Part shown: piece by piece, positions 12,661-26,321 of the stretch
Numbering within the stretch: the stretch's first letter is position 1
Layout: each line of letters begins with the position of its first letter
DNA from: Octopus sinensis
Lineage: Eukaryota
Length of the DNA stretch: 64,000 bases
Direction: 5' to 3'
Assembly: GCF_006345805.1 (NCBI RefSeq)
Contig: NC_042998.1
Span: 188,790,001 to 188,854,000 of the forward strand
The notes under the pieces: model-generated
Databases searched by the model: none
What the model was told of the DNA's origin: nothing
What the model saw: only the letters and a program-made list of their open reading frames with translations
Position numbers and translations under genes: made by a program

Positions 12661-13069
12661 GCAAACAACGACAGAAACAAATGGAAAACAACGCAAGTAA
12701 CATAAAGTAACATAAAGAATGACCTCTCATCAGTTGTCCGCAAATCCCAAATTTTATTTTGGTTTGCGGGAGCAACTGCCTTTCGAAGCCTCATATTGTC
12801 GTTAAATGCTCGAAATGAGGAGTAGATGGACAGCCGACAACTGATGAGGGGTCGTTCATTATGTTACTTGCGTTGCTTTCCATTTGTTTCTCTCCTTTTT
12901 TCTCTCCTTGTTTCTCTCCTCGTTTTTTTTTTCTGTGTCCCTTTCTATAGAAGAGCGTAGGCTGGAAACGTAAGAGACTTTTTCTATTTTTGAGCGTTAT
13001 ACTAATACATCTGTTTGTTTTGTACACCACCTATCTTCGTCTTTTATTTTTTTTTTCGTAACTCTCCCT
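12661..13069 (+). mobile_element. Repeat family E: PLE-like terminal repeat with 5' inverted segment and hammerhead-like motif
   Basis: Inverted arms at 12673-12738 and 12836-12891; hammerhead-like motif at 12941-12976. The 3' part is repeated in reverse at 60684-60870 and ends in (TA)n. Confidence 0.75.
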
Positions 13070-13117
13070 ATATATATATATTATGTGGCTGCACATGTGT
13101 ATATGTGTATATATAAT

Positions 13118-13153
<36 letters not shown>

Positions 13154-13182
13154 GGTATGTACATATATGTATGTATATATGC

Positions 13183-13214
<32 letters not shown>

Positions 13215-13297
13215 TATATAGTATATACTATATATATGATTGAATGCCACTATCCATTTCCAGCAAGTTTATCTTTTATATACATACATATATAACA

Positions 13298-13330
<33 letters not shown>

Positions 13331-14561
13331 GCACACATATTGATTATGTTTCATCGCTGTGTATTCCATGCATATCTTCAATTTCCGGTAAAATTTGCAT
13401 GTGGTGCAACAAGCATATGAGTTATTGCGGTAATGTGCACGTTGAGTGTTGATCTGATATGCAATGAAGTCTTTTACATCATCATTAGATCCAGTAGATT
13501 GACTGCAATAGCAAATGATTATTAATTATTTACAGCCAAGAACAGCAAAAAAAACAAAAAACAGAAGAGGACTCTCTTATATAAAACCTCCGTGTTGTCA
13601 TTTATGGCTTTGTTTTTATTGAACTTTAATAGTAGCGGTCCGTGTTCAGTATGGAATAAGTAGATTATGACCACGATGATAATACGAGGACGAAAAGCAA
13701 AAACACAATCTCCATACTCCGGATGATAGGATAAACACATATGCATACATCTTCATACACACGCACACCCACATATGCACACACACACACACACCTACAC
13801 ACACACGCACACATACAAGTAATCTGTTAATGTAGGTGTTCTACAAAATCAGATCCGATCTCCTCCTCCTCAAAACATTGCAACTCTATCTTTCTTCAAA
13901 TGGTTTGATTAACAGTCCTTTCAATTCATTGTTTATTTTGTGATACACAGTAAAATTTCATTTCGATGCTGAGCGAGATGAGCTTCGTCTCTTCACATTT
14001 CTTGTTTGCCTTCTCTTTTCCACTCTTCCACTACTCATGCTGAAACTTCGTGCATCCAAAAGCACTCGTAAGCAGTTTTTCTCTTTTTATTTTTCAGGAT
14101 TGGACATGGCTGATACCGCCCGCATCTTCAGGGTAAAAGAGAGTTAGTTGTTTTCTTAGATACTTTATCATCAATACTTTTTCTCATCTTATTTAAGCCT
14201 AAGCAACTCCCTCATCATTTTCTTTGAAGTTTTCTATGAGCATCGCGCAAATGCTTAAAACGCATACTAAGGTAAACGTTTTATTCGCACGTTCACCAGG
14301 GACAACAAAACAAAGTCCCAAATAACAAAATAGATATGACATATAAATGCAATTTAAACAATACTAAAAGTCGATATTGCCCACCCGTCCAGAACGCAGA
14401 CTGCCCCTTATTGTTTTGTAGAAACTTGTGTCTGTTGAAGATATGTCCATGATCATAACAATAATGATAACAACCAGCCTCGCACATTCTAAAGATCGTT
14501 TTCTAAGATAGTTCTCGTTCTTCTATTACGAAAGGAAAATGATGATGTACTTTCAAAACAC

Positions 14562-14588
14562 TAATAATAATAATAATTAATAATAATA

Positions 14589-14648
<60 letters not shown>

Positions 14649-14662
14649 TAATAATAATAATT
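14562..14662. repeat. (AAT)n microsatellite
   Basis: Read directly from the sequence. Confidence 0.95.
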
Positions 14663-15157
14663 GTTTCTAAAGTCGGCCATTATTTTCGGAACAACCGAAT
14701 AATAATAATAACAGTTTATGAATTAGGGATAACGTCACAATTCTGTAACGAAGGTTGAAAAGGTTGATTCAAACGACCTCCAGTACTATTTTACCGACTC
14801 CAGAATGAGGAAGTATAAAGTTGAAAAACATAACACAAAAAATATACCTTACATGTGATGTAATAACATAATTACAGCTGAATATTTTAAGCCTAGTCAT
14901 CCAGCTATTACAATAACATGACACGGAAACACAAACAGATGTTATCTTGATGATATTGTGATATGCTATATTCATTATAACTACTGATGTTGCTTGTGTG
15001 TAGGATTTCTTTTGCTTCTGCTTTATTGCAGGGAAATATCAGAAGCTACTACACATGATAATGTTATATAAACTATTATATACACATAAGCTGCAGAGAA
15101 TTGCTCACACTTCCCAATTGTCGATTGAAATAATATTTATAAAATCTTTCGCCGTAT

Positions 15158-15542
15158 GGCGGCGAGCTGGCAGAATCGTTAGCACGCCGGGCGAAATGCC
15201 TAGCGGTATTTCGTCTGCCGTTGCATTCTGAGTTCAAATTCCGCCGAGGTCGACTTTGCCTTTCATTCTTTCGGGGTCGACATAATCGACTTAATCCGTT
15301 TTTTCTGTCCTTGTTTGTCCCTTCTGCGTTTAGCCCCTTGTAGGTAGTAAAGAAATAGGTATTTCGTCTGCTGCTACGTTCTGAGTTCAAATTCCGCCGA
15401 GGTCGACTTTGCCTTTCATCCTTCTGGGATCGATAAAAATAAGTACCACTTACGCACTGAAGTCGATGTAACCGACTTAATCCCGTTGTCTGTCCTTGTT
15501 TGTCCCCTCTATGTTTAGCTCCTTGTGGGCAATAAAGAAATA
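15158..15542 (+). mobile_element. SINE family A, dimeric (body and tail duplicated)
   Basis: A full monomer is followed by a restart at ggtatttcgtctg (~15358). A ~27-bp TSD aatatttataaaatctttc(g/a)ccgtatg at 15132-15158 and 15543-15569 flanks the whole dimer. Confidence 0.92.
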
Positions 15543-16377
15543 AATATTTATAAAATCTTTCACCGTATGAACTTTGTATGTATTTCTTCCATTATAAATC
15601 GGGAGATTTGAGAAATCAGAAGAATGGAGAGGTTGAGATATATTTCCCTATATCTTGTCACTAGATTTATGTCGAGGATGAACCTGAACTCTTAAGCAAG
15701 ACATTTTAGTACATGCACATTCATGTTGTAACTGAACAAAACATCTGCACCTCTCACTGCCAGCTAGGATGATTCCCTCCCGTCTTTTCTCCTTTGCTCT
15801 GGTCTTCTGACATTTCTTACATTAAGGAAGCAAGGTTTGTTAATGACACCCGACTGCCCATCTAAGAGGCGTTTCAACAGCGATCTTTTTTTCCCCTGTG
15901 ATCGAGGACTCATAAGACCATTTACTCACCTCCATAACATATAAGTGACCGAGAATTTCACATCCACATGCAATCATACAAACATGTCTACGCGTACAGA
16001 TACACACATACACTTATGTATTTTTCTATAGATACTTTTGAATGCACCAAAAATGTAAAAATCTTATTTATGAAACGCTTATGTAATTGAGTCCTCTTGC
16101 ATTTACGTATCTACAATATTTAGACCGTTTGTACTTAACTGCTTCATATTTTAAGATTTTTCCTTGTTTTTTTCATACATTCTGAATAAATGCACAAAAT
16201 AAAAATACTGTATGAAAATATTTTGCTATATTTGCTTATAAATACTTATTTACCCTTTGTCCAGACAATGTATGACGTGGAAACATAGTAACAACTTAGA
16301 TTTCTTTATTTAACAATGGTAAGATACGTTCTTCTAAGAAACTCTCTAGTATCAAATATCACCCTGTTGCTTTCATG

Positions 16378-17160
16378 TAAGAGGTACCCAAAAGTAACCG
16401 GAAACGTTTTCTGTGGGACAAGCGCGTTGGAGTTCAGGCGTCTGCCACTAGAGCTCACTTGATGCAACTCTCAAACATCAGTATACCGATCGGCATCATC
16501 GAGTGAAGTCGTGCTGCCACTTAGAGCGTCTTTGTTTTGCAGTGCTTCTCCCCTGTTTATGGCTGAAACGAAAGAACAGCGTGCTTCCGTGAAATTCTGT
16601 TATTTGCTGGAGAAAACAGCGGCCGAAACAGTTGTCATGCTTCAAACAGCTTACAAGGACGTTGCAATGAACAAAACAGAAGTTTCACTTTTCTCTTGAA
16701 GACCAGCTTCGTTCAGGGCGTCAGTTGAACTCCCGAAAGAATGAAAACATCATGAAAATTCACGAACTGACCTTGGAAGACCATCAGCGATCAGTTGACG
16801 AACTTGATATGATTGGTGTGTCCTGGAGTTTTTCCGAATGAAAAAAAGTTGCAGCAAAATTCGTGCCTCGCTTGCCCATGGAAGATCAAAAGCAGTCACG
16901 ACTGAATGCATGTCGTGAACTGAAAGAACGGTTGGAAATTGATCCGGACCTTTTTTTTTTTTTTGAAGGTCATCAATAGTGATGAAAGGTGGTGCTACGG
17001 TATTTGCAGATGTGGAAGGGGTGAAGAAAAAGACGACGGAGGCGTTAAAAGGCATCATTTCACAAGAGTTCCAGCAGTGCTTCGAACAGGGGAAACGCAT
17101 CTGGCCCGATGCATTGCTTCAAATGGAGAATACTTTGAAGTGTAACATGTAATACTAAGT
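16378..17160 (+). mobile_element. Internally deleted mariner transposon
   Basis: N-terminus MAETKEQRASVKFCYLLEKTAAETVVMLQTAY; then VAAKFVPRL (WVPHEL-like) and KVINSDERWCYG (first catalytic D region) joined directly to the C-terminal FADVEGVKKKTTEALKGI...FQQCFEQ. Multiple frameshifts. Confidence 0.88.
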
Positions 17161-17238
17161 AAATAAAATAATATAACCTACTTTGCACTATGGTTATAGA
17201 TGAAAGAAACTAAATGGACATATATATATATATACATA

Positions 17239-17310
<72 letters not shown>

Positions 17311-17317
17311 CATACAT

Positions 17318-17370
<53 letters not shown>

Positions 17371-17415
17371 GCTTGCCTTACTTTTAATCTACAGAAAATT
17401 ATAATACTAACTCGG

Positions 17416-17481
17416 GCAGGCGGGGGCGAGTTTCGTTCATGGCACCTATTGAGTGCTGTGTACGAAACTCTCACTCGCTGT
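17416..17481 (+). other. GC-rich 66-nt imperfect hairpin
   Basis: About 26 base pairs including gagtttcgt/acgaaactc and catggcac/gtgctgtg, with a 7-nt loop. Confidence 0.7.
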
Positions 17482-18058
17482 ACGTATGAAGAGAATGAAA
17501 TGGTAATGATTATCGAGGTTCAGCAGCAGGAAATGTCTATCTGTTACATAAAACATTCATTTGGCTAGTAAAAAGAAATAAGATTATTTTATCTACGTAC
17601 TATATACGGGATGTTTTTTTGTCGTTTATTACTGATATGTTACTCTTTTTTATTTTTTGTTTCCTAGAAGTGGCCTCACTATGTCGTGCTGTATCTAAAT
17701 TGCTGATAAAATAATAAATGCATTCAACTGTTTGAATAAGGCGTCCTTAGTAACATCTTACATTATTCGAAAATAACACTCATAAATATTTTATTTTCGC
17801 GGTGATTATTGCATAGAGATAGTTGGACGATCTTAGCAAAAGTGTGCTCATAATAGCATTTCGATTGTTCAAATATAGCATCACATTTACCTTAATTAGC
17901 CATGGTTTTAAGATACAAAAATAGATCTACCATACATAATAAAAAAGATTCAAATGAGGGGAATAAACTGCCTTGTAAATCTACAAGCTCTTTACTTTCT
18001 GGATTTAAATCCCGCCGAGGTCAACGATGTTGATAGAATGAAGTACCTTTTAAATACT

Positions 18059-18290
18059 TATTTCTTTATTACCCACAAGGGGCTAAACACAGAGGGGACA
18101 AACAAGGACAGACATAGGTATTAAGTCGATTACAACGACCTCAGTACGTAACTGGTACTTAATTTATCGACCCCGAAAGGATGAAAGGCAAAGTCGACCC
18201 CGGCGGAATTTGAACTCACAACGTAACGGCAGACGAAATACCGCTAAGCATTTTGCCCGGCGCGCTTACGTTTCTGCCAGCTCGCCGTCT
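18059..18290 (-). mobile_element. SINE family A, full length, nested in an older family A remnant
   Basis: Matches the consensus; TSD cttttaaatact at 18047-18058 and 18289-18300. A decayed plus-strand family A sequence lies at ~17990-18046. Confidence 0.93.
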
Positions 18291-18672
18291 TTTAAATACT
18301 GCTGCCCTTGTACCTAGATGATAAGCAATTATTATTGTATTCTATTCTTTCCTCATCTTAACTACTATATTCATTGAACCCTCTTACGGCCCTCTAATAC
18401 GCAATAAACATTCTAGGTACCCTTTTCGTCTCTAATCGTCTGAAAAGACACGTATACACGAAGGAAAAATAACGTTACTGTATCAAAAGATCGATTGCAG
18501 TGAAAATAGATGAAAATAGACGATGCACGCATAAAGTGATATATATATAGATATTATATATTATATATATATAGATATATATATATATATCTATATATTA
18601 TATCTATTATATATATATATAGATGTATGTATATTATATATATATGTATGTATATAATAATATATATATATA

Positions 18673-19047
18673 ATTAAGATAACCACTATTAGGCAACTCA
18701 CAGTGATAGACATAAACCAATACATTAAATAACAAATATAAATATAATTACTATATATATAATTTACTTAGTACTGATTATATTATACTTATTATATTAT
18801 AATTTACTTTTACTATCTTATATTTATCATTATTTTTATACTTTTTGGAAAACAAAATTATATATAATTATATATTATATAAATTATCTTTATATTATTT
18901 GTTATTTATGTATTGGTTTATGTCTATCCCTGTTTGAGTTGCCTAATAGTAGTTTTATCTCTAATTCATATTTTATATTTTCATACTGTGAAATTTGATT
19001 TAATACTAAATCAAATTTTTCCCTGTAAGTTTGGAGCCATACTCCCT
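18673..19047 (+). mobile_element. Fold-back repeat family F, copy 2
   Basis: Inverted arms at ~18673-18745 and ~18890-18966; same 3' end as copy 1, followed by (ATT)n. Confidence 0.8.
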
Positions 19048-19049
19048 AA

Positions 19050-19110
<61 letters not shown>

Positions 19111-19444
19111 TATATATATATGTACATACAACAACAGCTGAAAGCGAAATGCCTCCCAAAGCCCCAAACCTTTGCATCCATTGCTAGTCTGTTTGATACG
19201 AAGAGAGTTACCTATATCTGTGTGTTAATGAAATTAAATTATGCTAAGACTGTTGTCAACAAAGATAGACTGGCTAAAGAATATTTTACCAAGACTAAAA
19301 TAAACTGCATCCGGCGCTTTGTTCTTACAATAAGGTAATATCTTACAATATATTCGAAATACCAGTACTGATGCCAACATTTGGAATACTCGACTGCTTT
19401 GTTGAGGACATCTGATCCATAGACATTTGTTTCGTATTTTGACA

Positions 19445-19592
19445 CAAGACCGGCAATTCTGAGGATGGGGTAAGTCGATTGCTCAACAGGTACTTATTTT
19501 ATCGACCTAGAAAGGATGAAAGGCAAAGTCGACCTCTGCGGGATTTGAACTTGGAACGTAAAGTCAGACGAAATGCTGCTAAGCTCGCCACC
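19445..19592 (-). mobile_element. Old, degenerate SINE family A copy
   Basis: ggtacttattttatcgacctagaaaggatgaaaggcaaagtcgacctc...gacgaaatgctgctaagc. Confidence 0.8.
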
Positions 19593-20789
19593 TCCTCCAA
19601 TTCACATATATTAAAACTTTGACATCTTTCATAAAAAACTTCCACGGAAACAATGATTTTAATAGGCTTAATCTTAGAAGGAGAGAGGTGAAAGAAGGTT
19701 TAATATTATTGCAGACAGACTTAGAATGTTGTATCTGATAAATAACAATAATAATGTATAAAAAATTGAAAAGGATAATAGCCAATGAGCCAGTAGTGAA
19801 CCACTTAAGGAATACTCGCTTCGTATTATAATCCTCAATATTGCTGAAATAGCGTAACTAAATGAAGATTTGGAAAATAAACTCAGCATGTTATAGAAAA
19901 GTTATACTTGAGTATGTTTCTGTAAACTTAAAGATTATGATCCACATGTTGTGTAGCGTCTCTTGGACTTGTGATCATACATCACGTCACTTTTGAAAGG
20001 TTTTGTGGGGAACGCCTGTAAACGCCAAGACGCAACCGAAAATGTGTTATTTTTCACTAAGTGATGCTACATATGTGATTCACAACTGCTTCAAAATTAC
20101 ATCAAGGTACATCCCATTGTGGAATGATGTTGTTCCTAAAACATTATGCAATATCATCCGTTAAAAAGACTGCATTTGGATAAATATAGGCATTGTCCCT
20201 ATTGCTGAATGCATGCATACCTACCTACCTACCTACCTACCTACCTACCTACTTACACACATACATGCAGATAGGCACACTGACAGAGACAGATAGATAG
20301 ACAGACAGGCACACATACATACATACATACATACATACATACATACATTCTGTCAAGTGAAATTATGGTAATCATCTACATTTTGGCCACCAAGAATCAG
20401 TTCCGACGAAGTATTGGTGGAATCAAATAAGCCTTCATTCTTCACGGTGTATTTTTATACACGCCGATCGCTTTTGTTAAATGAACAAAAATTCTGTAGA
20501 GAGGGAATGCTTGCTTTGTCCTCTTCTTTTACGCTAAATATCATATTTGTGGCGCCTTTACCGGGTCTAAATACATATTGAGGCTCTAGACATTTGCACA
20601 ACAATGGAGATAATATTTGCAGACGGTTCAGTAAAAAGCTTTAGATGTCAGCCCCCTTGTAAATGTAAACATTTCTTCCAAACCAACAGGAGAATATTTT
20701 CAAACAGCTGCTTCGAAACCTTTTAGTTTTCTATTTTCAATGCTTATTTATGTGCCCAGATATAACTAAGATATATCTTATATAATAGA

Positions 20790-21030
20790 ACTAATGAAGT
20801 GGACTCTTTTGCGTATCTCGGAAGCAATACCGGTCAGATAAGGGTTCAAAGCTTTAGCGCCAAGCGTTACTTCCGTGATGTTTGCGTCATCACAACCCTG
20901 CTGTTCCCGTCTGAGACATAGACTCCTTTTATTGATAACACATCAAATCACTCGAATCATTTCACGAGAAGTATGTAGGATGTAAAAACGAACGTCAATT
21001 GGAAATATTTTTAACCTGATACTGAAATGC
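20790..21030 (+). mobile_element. Highly decayed RTE-like LINE fragment
   Basis: Fragmentary translation EVDSFAYLGS ... VCVITTLLFPSET*TP ... HIKSLESFHEK resembles the RTE ORF2 region downstream of the RT core. Confidence 0.55.
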
Positions 21031-21066
21031 TGCTGGGATCGAAACGAATAGCGGGTGTGTTGACTC

Positions 21067-21145
21067 TGTGTTTGTGTGTGTGTGGTGTGTGTGTGTGTGT
21101 GTGTGTGTGTTGTGTGTGTTGTGTGTGTGTTTGTGTGTGTGTGTT

Positions 21146-21198
<53 letters not shown>

Positions 21199-21214
21199 TT
21201 TGTGTGTGTGTGTT

Positions 21215-21265
<51 letters not shown>
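21067..21265. repeat. (TG)n array
   Basis: Read directly from the sequence. Confidence 0.95.
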
Positions 21266-21267
<2 letters not shown>

Positions 21268-22347
21268 ACATGTTCAAATAATATATATAGATGGCAAAAG
21301 AAAGGTAAAAAAAGAAAAAAACATATATTTGCACAGAAACACGGCACTCATTTACGCAATTGTTGGAGTGTGTATTCAACAAAGAAGCAGAGTCCTCAAC
21401 ACTTGACGTGCAGGCTATTTAATCATTTAATTTCCTTAGATGCATACGCATGCTTTGGATAAGCTCAGATGTGTGCTAAAATTGTCAGCAGTTCAAATGA
21501 TAACGACATGTTTAAAAATAAAACTAAAAGGCGGGGGAGTCTGATTTGTTTGTTCAACTTCTTTTAAGCTTGATAACATGTGATTATACATTTGATATTT
21601 GTTATCTAAAAGATTGCAATATTAATTTCTGATTGTTGCTTCAATGTATTGTAGTTGATAGGACGGTATCCTATTACAAACGGTGCTAGAATTATAACGA
21701 ACGTAGGCGGCAGATTTTTCTTTGCAGAATAATATCGACATTATTCCTATCGTCAATGTTGATTTAGTTGTGGCTACAGTGCTTAACACTTGTTGTTTCT
21801 ATGATAAATACACAGATCACTAAACATACACAAACAATTTTGTATTGACAATAAAGGTGCAGTTGGATTTTATTCTCTTCTTTTGAAATTATATGGTTGA
21901 TTAATGAACAACAAAAAGCTTTTCATGTTGAAAGAGGAAGATGGAAGGGCTCTACATCCATGGAAGTGTAAACTAAAAAAAAAATGAACTCGAAAATAAA
22001 GGGTACTTTAAAAATGGGGGAAATGGGACCAGAAAATCTGATGTAGGAAAATGGAATTGAACAAATAAAATCAACAGCAAATAGAAAGTGCTTTTTGTGA
22101 AAATAATTGAAATTAGATCACAGAGACTGAATCCTATTGCTAATTTCCGCGTTAGCGATATTTATTCATAAGCTCTCTTCACATAAAATTCTGAGAGGGT
22201 ACATATAGTATGATTGGAACAATTCCTGAACACTTGTTTGTTGGTCACTTAAGCAGTTTAAATAGAATTGGAAGAATTGTCTCTTTATTTGTGTGACTCG
22301 TTATTTACATTTATTTCATCACCCCTCTCTATCTTTCTGTCTTTTCT

Positions 22348-22397
<50 letters not shown>

Positions 22398-22425
22398 TAG
22401 TAGTGGTGGTGGTGGTAGTAGTATT

Positions 22426-22501
<76 letters not shown>
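22348..22501. repeat. (AGT)n/(GGT)n/(ATT)n compound microsatellite
   Basis: Read directly from the sequence. Confidence 0.95.
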
Positions 22502-22502
<1 letters not shown>

Positions 22503-22866
22503 ATTATACTATATTATACATGTGTATATAATATCACAATGACCTTTTTGTGTGCATAGTTTGTGGCTGACCATGCCTTTCTTTTGCCGGGCTCATATCT
22601 CATTTGCGAACCCATAGAAAACGAACCTCCACCAACTATTCTGCCTATATGTCTGCACGCACCTTTCAATACCGTGCATGCCAGAAGGTCAGCAAATCTA
22701 ACATTTTAAGATCCACAAAGATCAGGACTTAATTGCTGCTCTTGGTGGTCGAAATGGGATCTGCAATCTATGTGGGTGTCTTTTAAAAAGCCACATCAGA
22801 TGTCATGATTGTTTTAAGGCGTAAGCACAAGAGGTGGTCTAACTCTGCATAAGGAGTAGACAACCA

Positions 22867-22929
<63 letters not shown>

Positions 22930-23659
22930 GGTGTGTGTGGTGTGTGTGGTGGTGTGTGTGTGTGTATGTGTGTGTGTGTGTGTATTTGTATGTATGCATT
23001 ATGTATACGTGTACAAGACATAATGTTGCAGTGATATTGATATAAAACATTAAAGAATTTCTCTCGAAGATACATGCATATTTACTTCATATAGTGCTGA
23101 AGTTTGACATGGTAATTCCAACGTGTCATCGGAAAAGCTGAATGTATATAATTATTAAAGAATTAAGTATATACATAAATTATTTTATGATGTTAGGATA
23201 ATAATTTCTGCACTAAATATTCGTGTTACACATGGTTACTATTGATAAGTTACTTTGAATAAAATATAAAGCAACTCTGATATTCAGTGATCGGTAGGGT
23301 GAGATGCGGAAAACAAAAGGCATAAGCAAAATTTGAAGTATCTAAAACTATAAGATAAGAAAATACAATCATAGCTTATACAACAGCCTAGACAAAAGAG
23401 ACAGATAGTAGGTAAGAGGTTTGAAATATTCAGAGAAAAATGCGTGCTTGGTTTGCGTGTTAGTAAGAGGTAATGCACGGAATTTAGGTTCGATTGGAGT
23501 CTACAAATGTCAGAGAGGATGAGGGATTGTCCAGTGGGTTTTAGCGGGTTTTAGAGGACTGTGGGGCTTATGAATACGTAGATGGTGCAAAATCGAGTGT
23601 CGTGGTGCATTTACTACCCTACACAAAACAGAATAACTTACTTCGCTATATTGTTACTA

Positions 23660-23789
23660 TATGTGTGTGTCTATCTTTGTCCTCCCATAACTTAGTGGTT
23701 CGGCAAAAGATACCGATAAAATAAGTACTAGGCTTACAAAGAGTAAGTCCTGGGGTCGATGTGCTCGACTAAAGGCGGTGCTCCAGCAT
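23660..23789 (+). mobile_element. SINE family B, partial 3' half
   Basis: cttagtggttcggcaaaagataccgataaaataagtact...aaggcggtgctccagcat; truncated at a short catagttcttgt tandem repeat. Confidence 0.85.
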
Positions 23790-24006
23790 AGTTCTTGTGA
23801 CATAGTTCTTGTTACATAGCTCTGGGCAATCCTTGACTGAACAAAACTTGTATTTGAAGCATATCTGCCACGACAACCTTATTTGCTTTTGAGCATTGCT
23901 TATCTAACTGCTCAATGTGTCCTTTGACGTTCAAGATGTTACTATAAAATTTAAAGAACTTTGACTAGTTTCAGTAGGTTGAGCGACTACGTAGCGATTT
24001 TTCAAA

Positions 24007-24236
24007 GGCGGCGAGCTGGCAGAAACGTTAGCACGCCGGGCGAAATGCTTAGCAGTATTTCGTCTGCGTTACGTTGTGAGTTCAAATTCCGCCGAGGTCG
24101 ACTTTGCCTTTCATCCTTTCGGGGTCGATAAATTAAGTACCAGTTACGCACTGGCGTCGATCTAATCGACTTAATACCTATGTCTGTCCTTGTTTGTCTC
24201 CTCTGTGTTTAGCCCCTTGTGGGTAATAAAGAAATA
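24007..24236 (+). mobile_element. SINE family A, full length
   Basis: Matches the consensus; imperfect TSD gattt(c)ttcaaag. Confidence 0.93.
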
Positions 24237-24330
24237 GATTTCTTCAAAGAATTACAATAAACACAGTTTTATGATAGGTTCAGTCTCCTAATCTGAGCAT
24301 TTCAATTTTAATCTTCACATCTTAAGTATA

Positions 24331-24385
<55 letters not shown>

Positions 24386-24474
24386 GCTGTATATATACAT
24401 ACATACATACATACATACATACATACATACATACATACATACATACATACATGTGTATCGTTATACATATATAT

Positions 24475-24690
24475 TACTCTTTACTCTTTTACTCATTTCA
24501 GTCATTTGACTGTGACCATGCTAGAGCACCGCCTTTAGTCGAGCGCATCGACCCCAGGACTTATTCTTTGTAAGCCTATCGGTCTCTTTTGCCGAACCGC
24601 TACGTTACGGGGACGTAAACACTCCAGCATCGGTTGTCAAGCGATGTTGGGGAGACAAACACAGATATACAAACCACACACACACACACA

Positions 24691-24724
<34 letters not shown>

Positions 24725-24903
24725 CTATATATTATATATACGACGAGCTTCTTTCAGTTTCCGTCTATCAAATCTACTCACAAGGTTCTGGTTGGCCCGA
24801 GGCTATAGTAGAAGAGACTTGCCCAAGGTGCCACGCAGTGGGACTGAACCCCGAACCATGTAGTTCGTAAGCAAGCTACTTACCACACAGCCACTCCTAC
24901 GCC
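24475..24903 (-). mobile_element. SINE family B, full length, with internal (TA)n(TG)n
   Basis: tRNA-like head with A-box (tggctgtgtggt) and B-box (ggttcagtccc), a CORE-like ccttgggcaagt motif, an internal microsatellite and a (gtaaaaga)n tail. Confidence 0.92.
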
Positions 24904-24948
<45 letters not shown>

Positions 24949-25443
24949 GTATATATATATATTACATATCAGTCTATTGATAAAGAGACAGAAAGACAGA
25001 CATACGGACAGACAGATATGTTGTGAGCGTGCATGTACATGAATGTATGCAACACTTTCGTTGCTTACAGAATTTCATGAACAAATGTCTAAATTCATTT
25101 TTGTCATTCATCCGTTCAAATGTTTTTACATACATATAATTTGAACCCTTTCAAACAGCTTAAATGTATACATCATATATGTTCGCATGTATGTGTATAC
25201 CTTTATATGTGTAAAGTATGTGCTCTGCCATATCTAACCAGTAAATCGGTACATTCATGCAAATTCAAGAACTCATGAATCACGTACTTTTGTACAATAA
25301 AACACACCCACACATCTAAACACACCAAAACATACACCCACACATCTAAACACACCAAAACATACACCCACACCAATACACCCCAACGCAAACACACCGA
25401 CGCAGACACACATATGTGTATGTGTGTTGTGTATGTTTTAGAA

Positions 25444-25479
<36 letters not shown>

Positions 25480-25869
25480 TGTATGTATGTATGTATGTAT
25501 GTATGTATGTATGTATATATGTATGTATGTATGTATATATGTATGTATACACACATTAATGAACACACAACTTTGATACATAAATCATTCATCAAGAAAC
25601 ATCAAAAAGCAATTAATACAGTTTTAAGCAAGAATGTTTACTACGGGCTGTTTATCGTCGAAGCAGTCGCATATTGTGATAAATTCAGAAAACTTATTGA
25701 CCTATTTCTATCGATTTATTTCTCAAAGCAAACTCCTACACTTGTAAACCCAACAGCATTGACACTACAACTTGAAATATACTATATTGATAACATACGA
25801 ATACACACGCACATGCACAGACACAGAATATAGATTTATTTGTAGAGTGAGAGAGAGGTTCATAAGTAT

Positions 25870-26099
25870 ATATGTCCGTTTTTCTGTCCTTGTTTCGTAC
25901 ACATTCGATCCTTTTTCCGAGGAATCGAATGCTCTTAGCTTAGTTTTTCCTTGGGGCTGGCCAGATTGGAGCCATCTCAAGATTAATCAGCCGAAATTGC
26001 GAGGATGATCCGGTTCTTGACTGAAGATTAAAGGCTTCGAATGACCCGTCCGTGTTTTTGTATCGTCTATTTGGATGTTTTGCGTTCTTGTCCAATTTG

Positions 26100-26102
<3 letters not shown>
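25870..26102 (+). mobile_element. Unclassified ~230 bp element ending in (TA)n (possible PLE terminal repeat)
   Basis: Relatively GC-rich core with a T-rich 3' end abutting (TA)n, the same layout as families D and E. Single copy in this window. Confidence 0.4.
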
Positions 26103-26143
<41 letters not shown>

Positions 26144-26146
26144 GTA

Positions 26147-26205
<59 letters not shown>

Positions 26206-26287
26206 GCATATATATATTGATAGATAGATAGATAGATATATTAGATACGTACATACATACATACATACATACATACATACACATACA

Positions 26288-26321
<34 letters not shown>

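Noticed and set aside
17220-17367. Irregular interruptions in (TA)n tracts as a meaningful pattern
   Set aside because: Single-base slips in TA tracts occur throughout the window and are most simply sequencing/consensus errors or slippage.
25905-26050. Ribozyme (hammerhead or HDV-like) in the unclassified TA-flanked element
   Set aside because: CCGAGGA, CTGAAGA and ggctg/cagcc-GAAA pieces are present, but I could not assemble them into a consistent fold.
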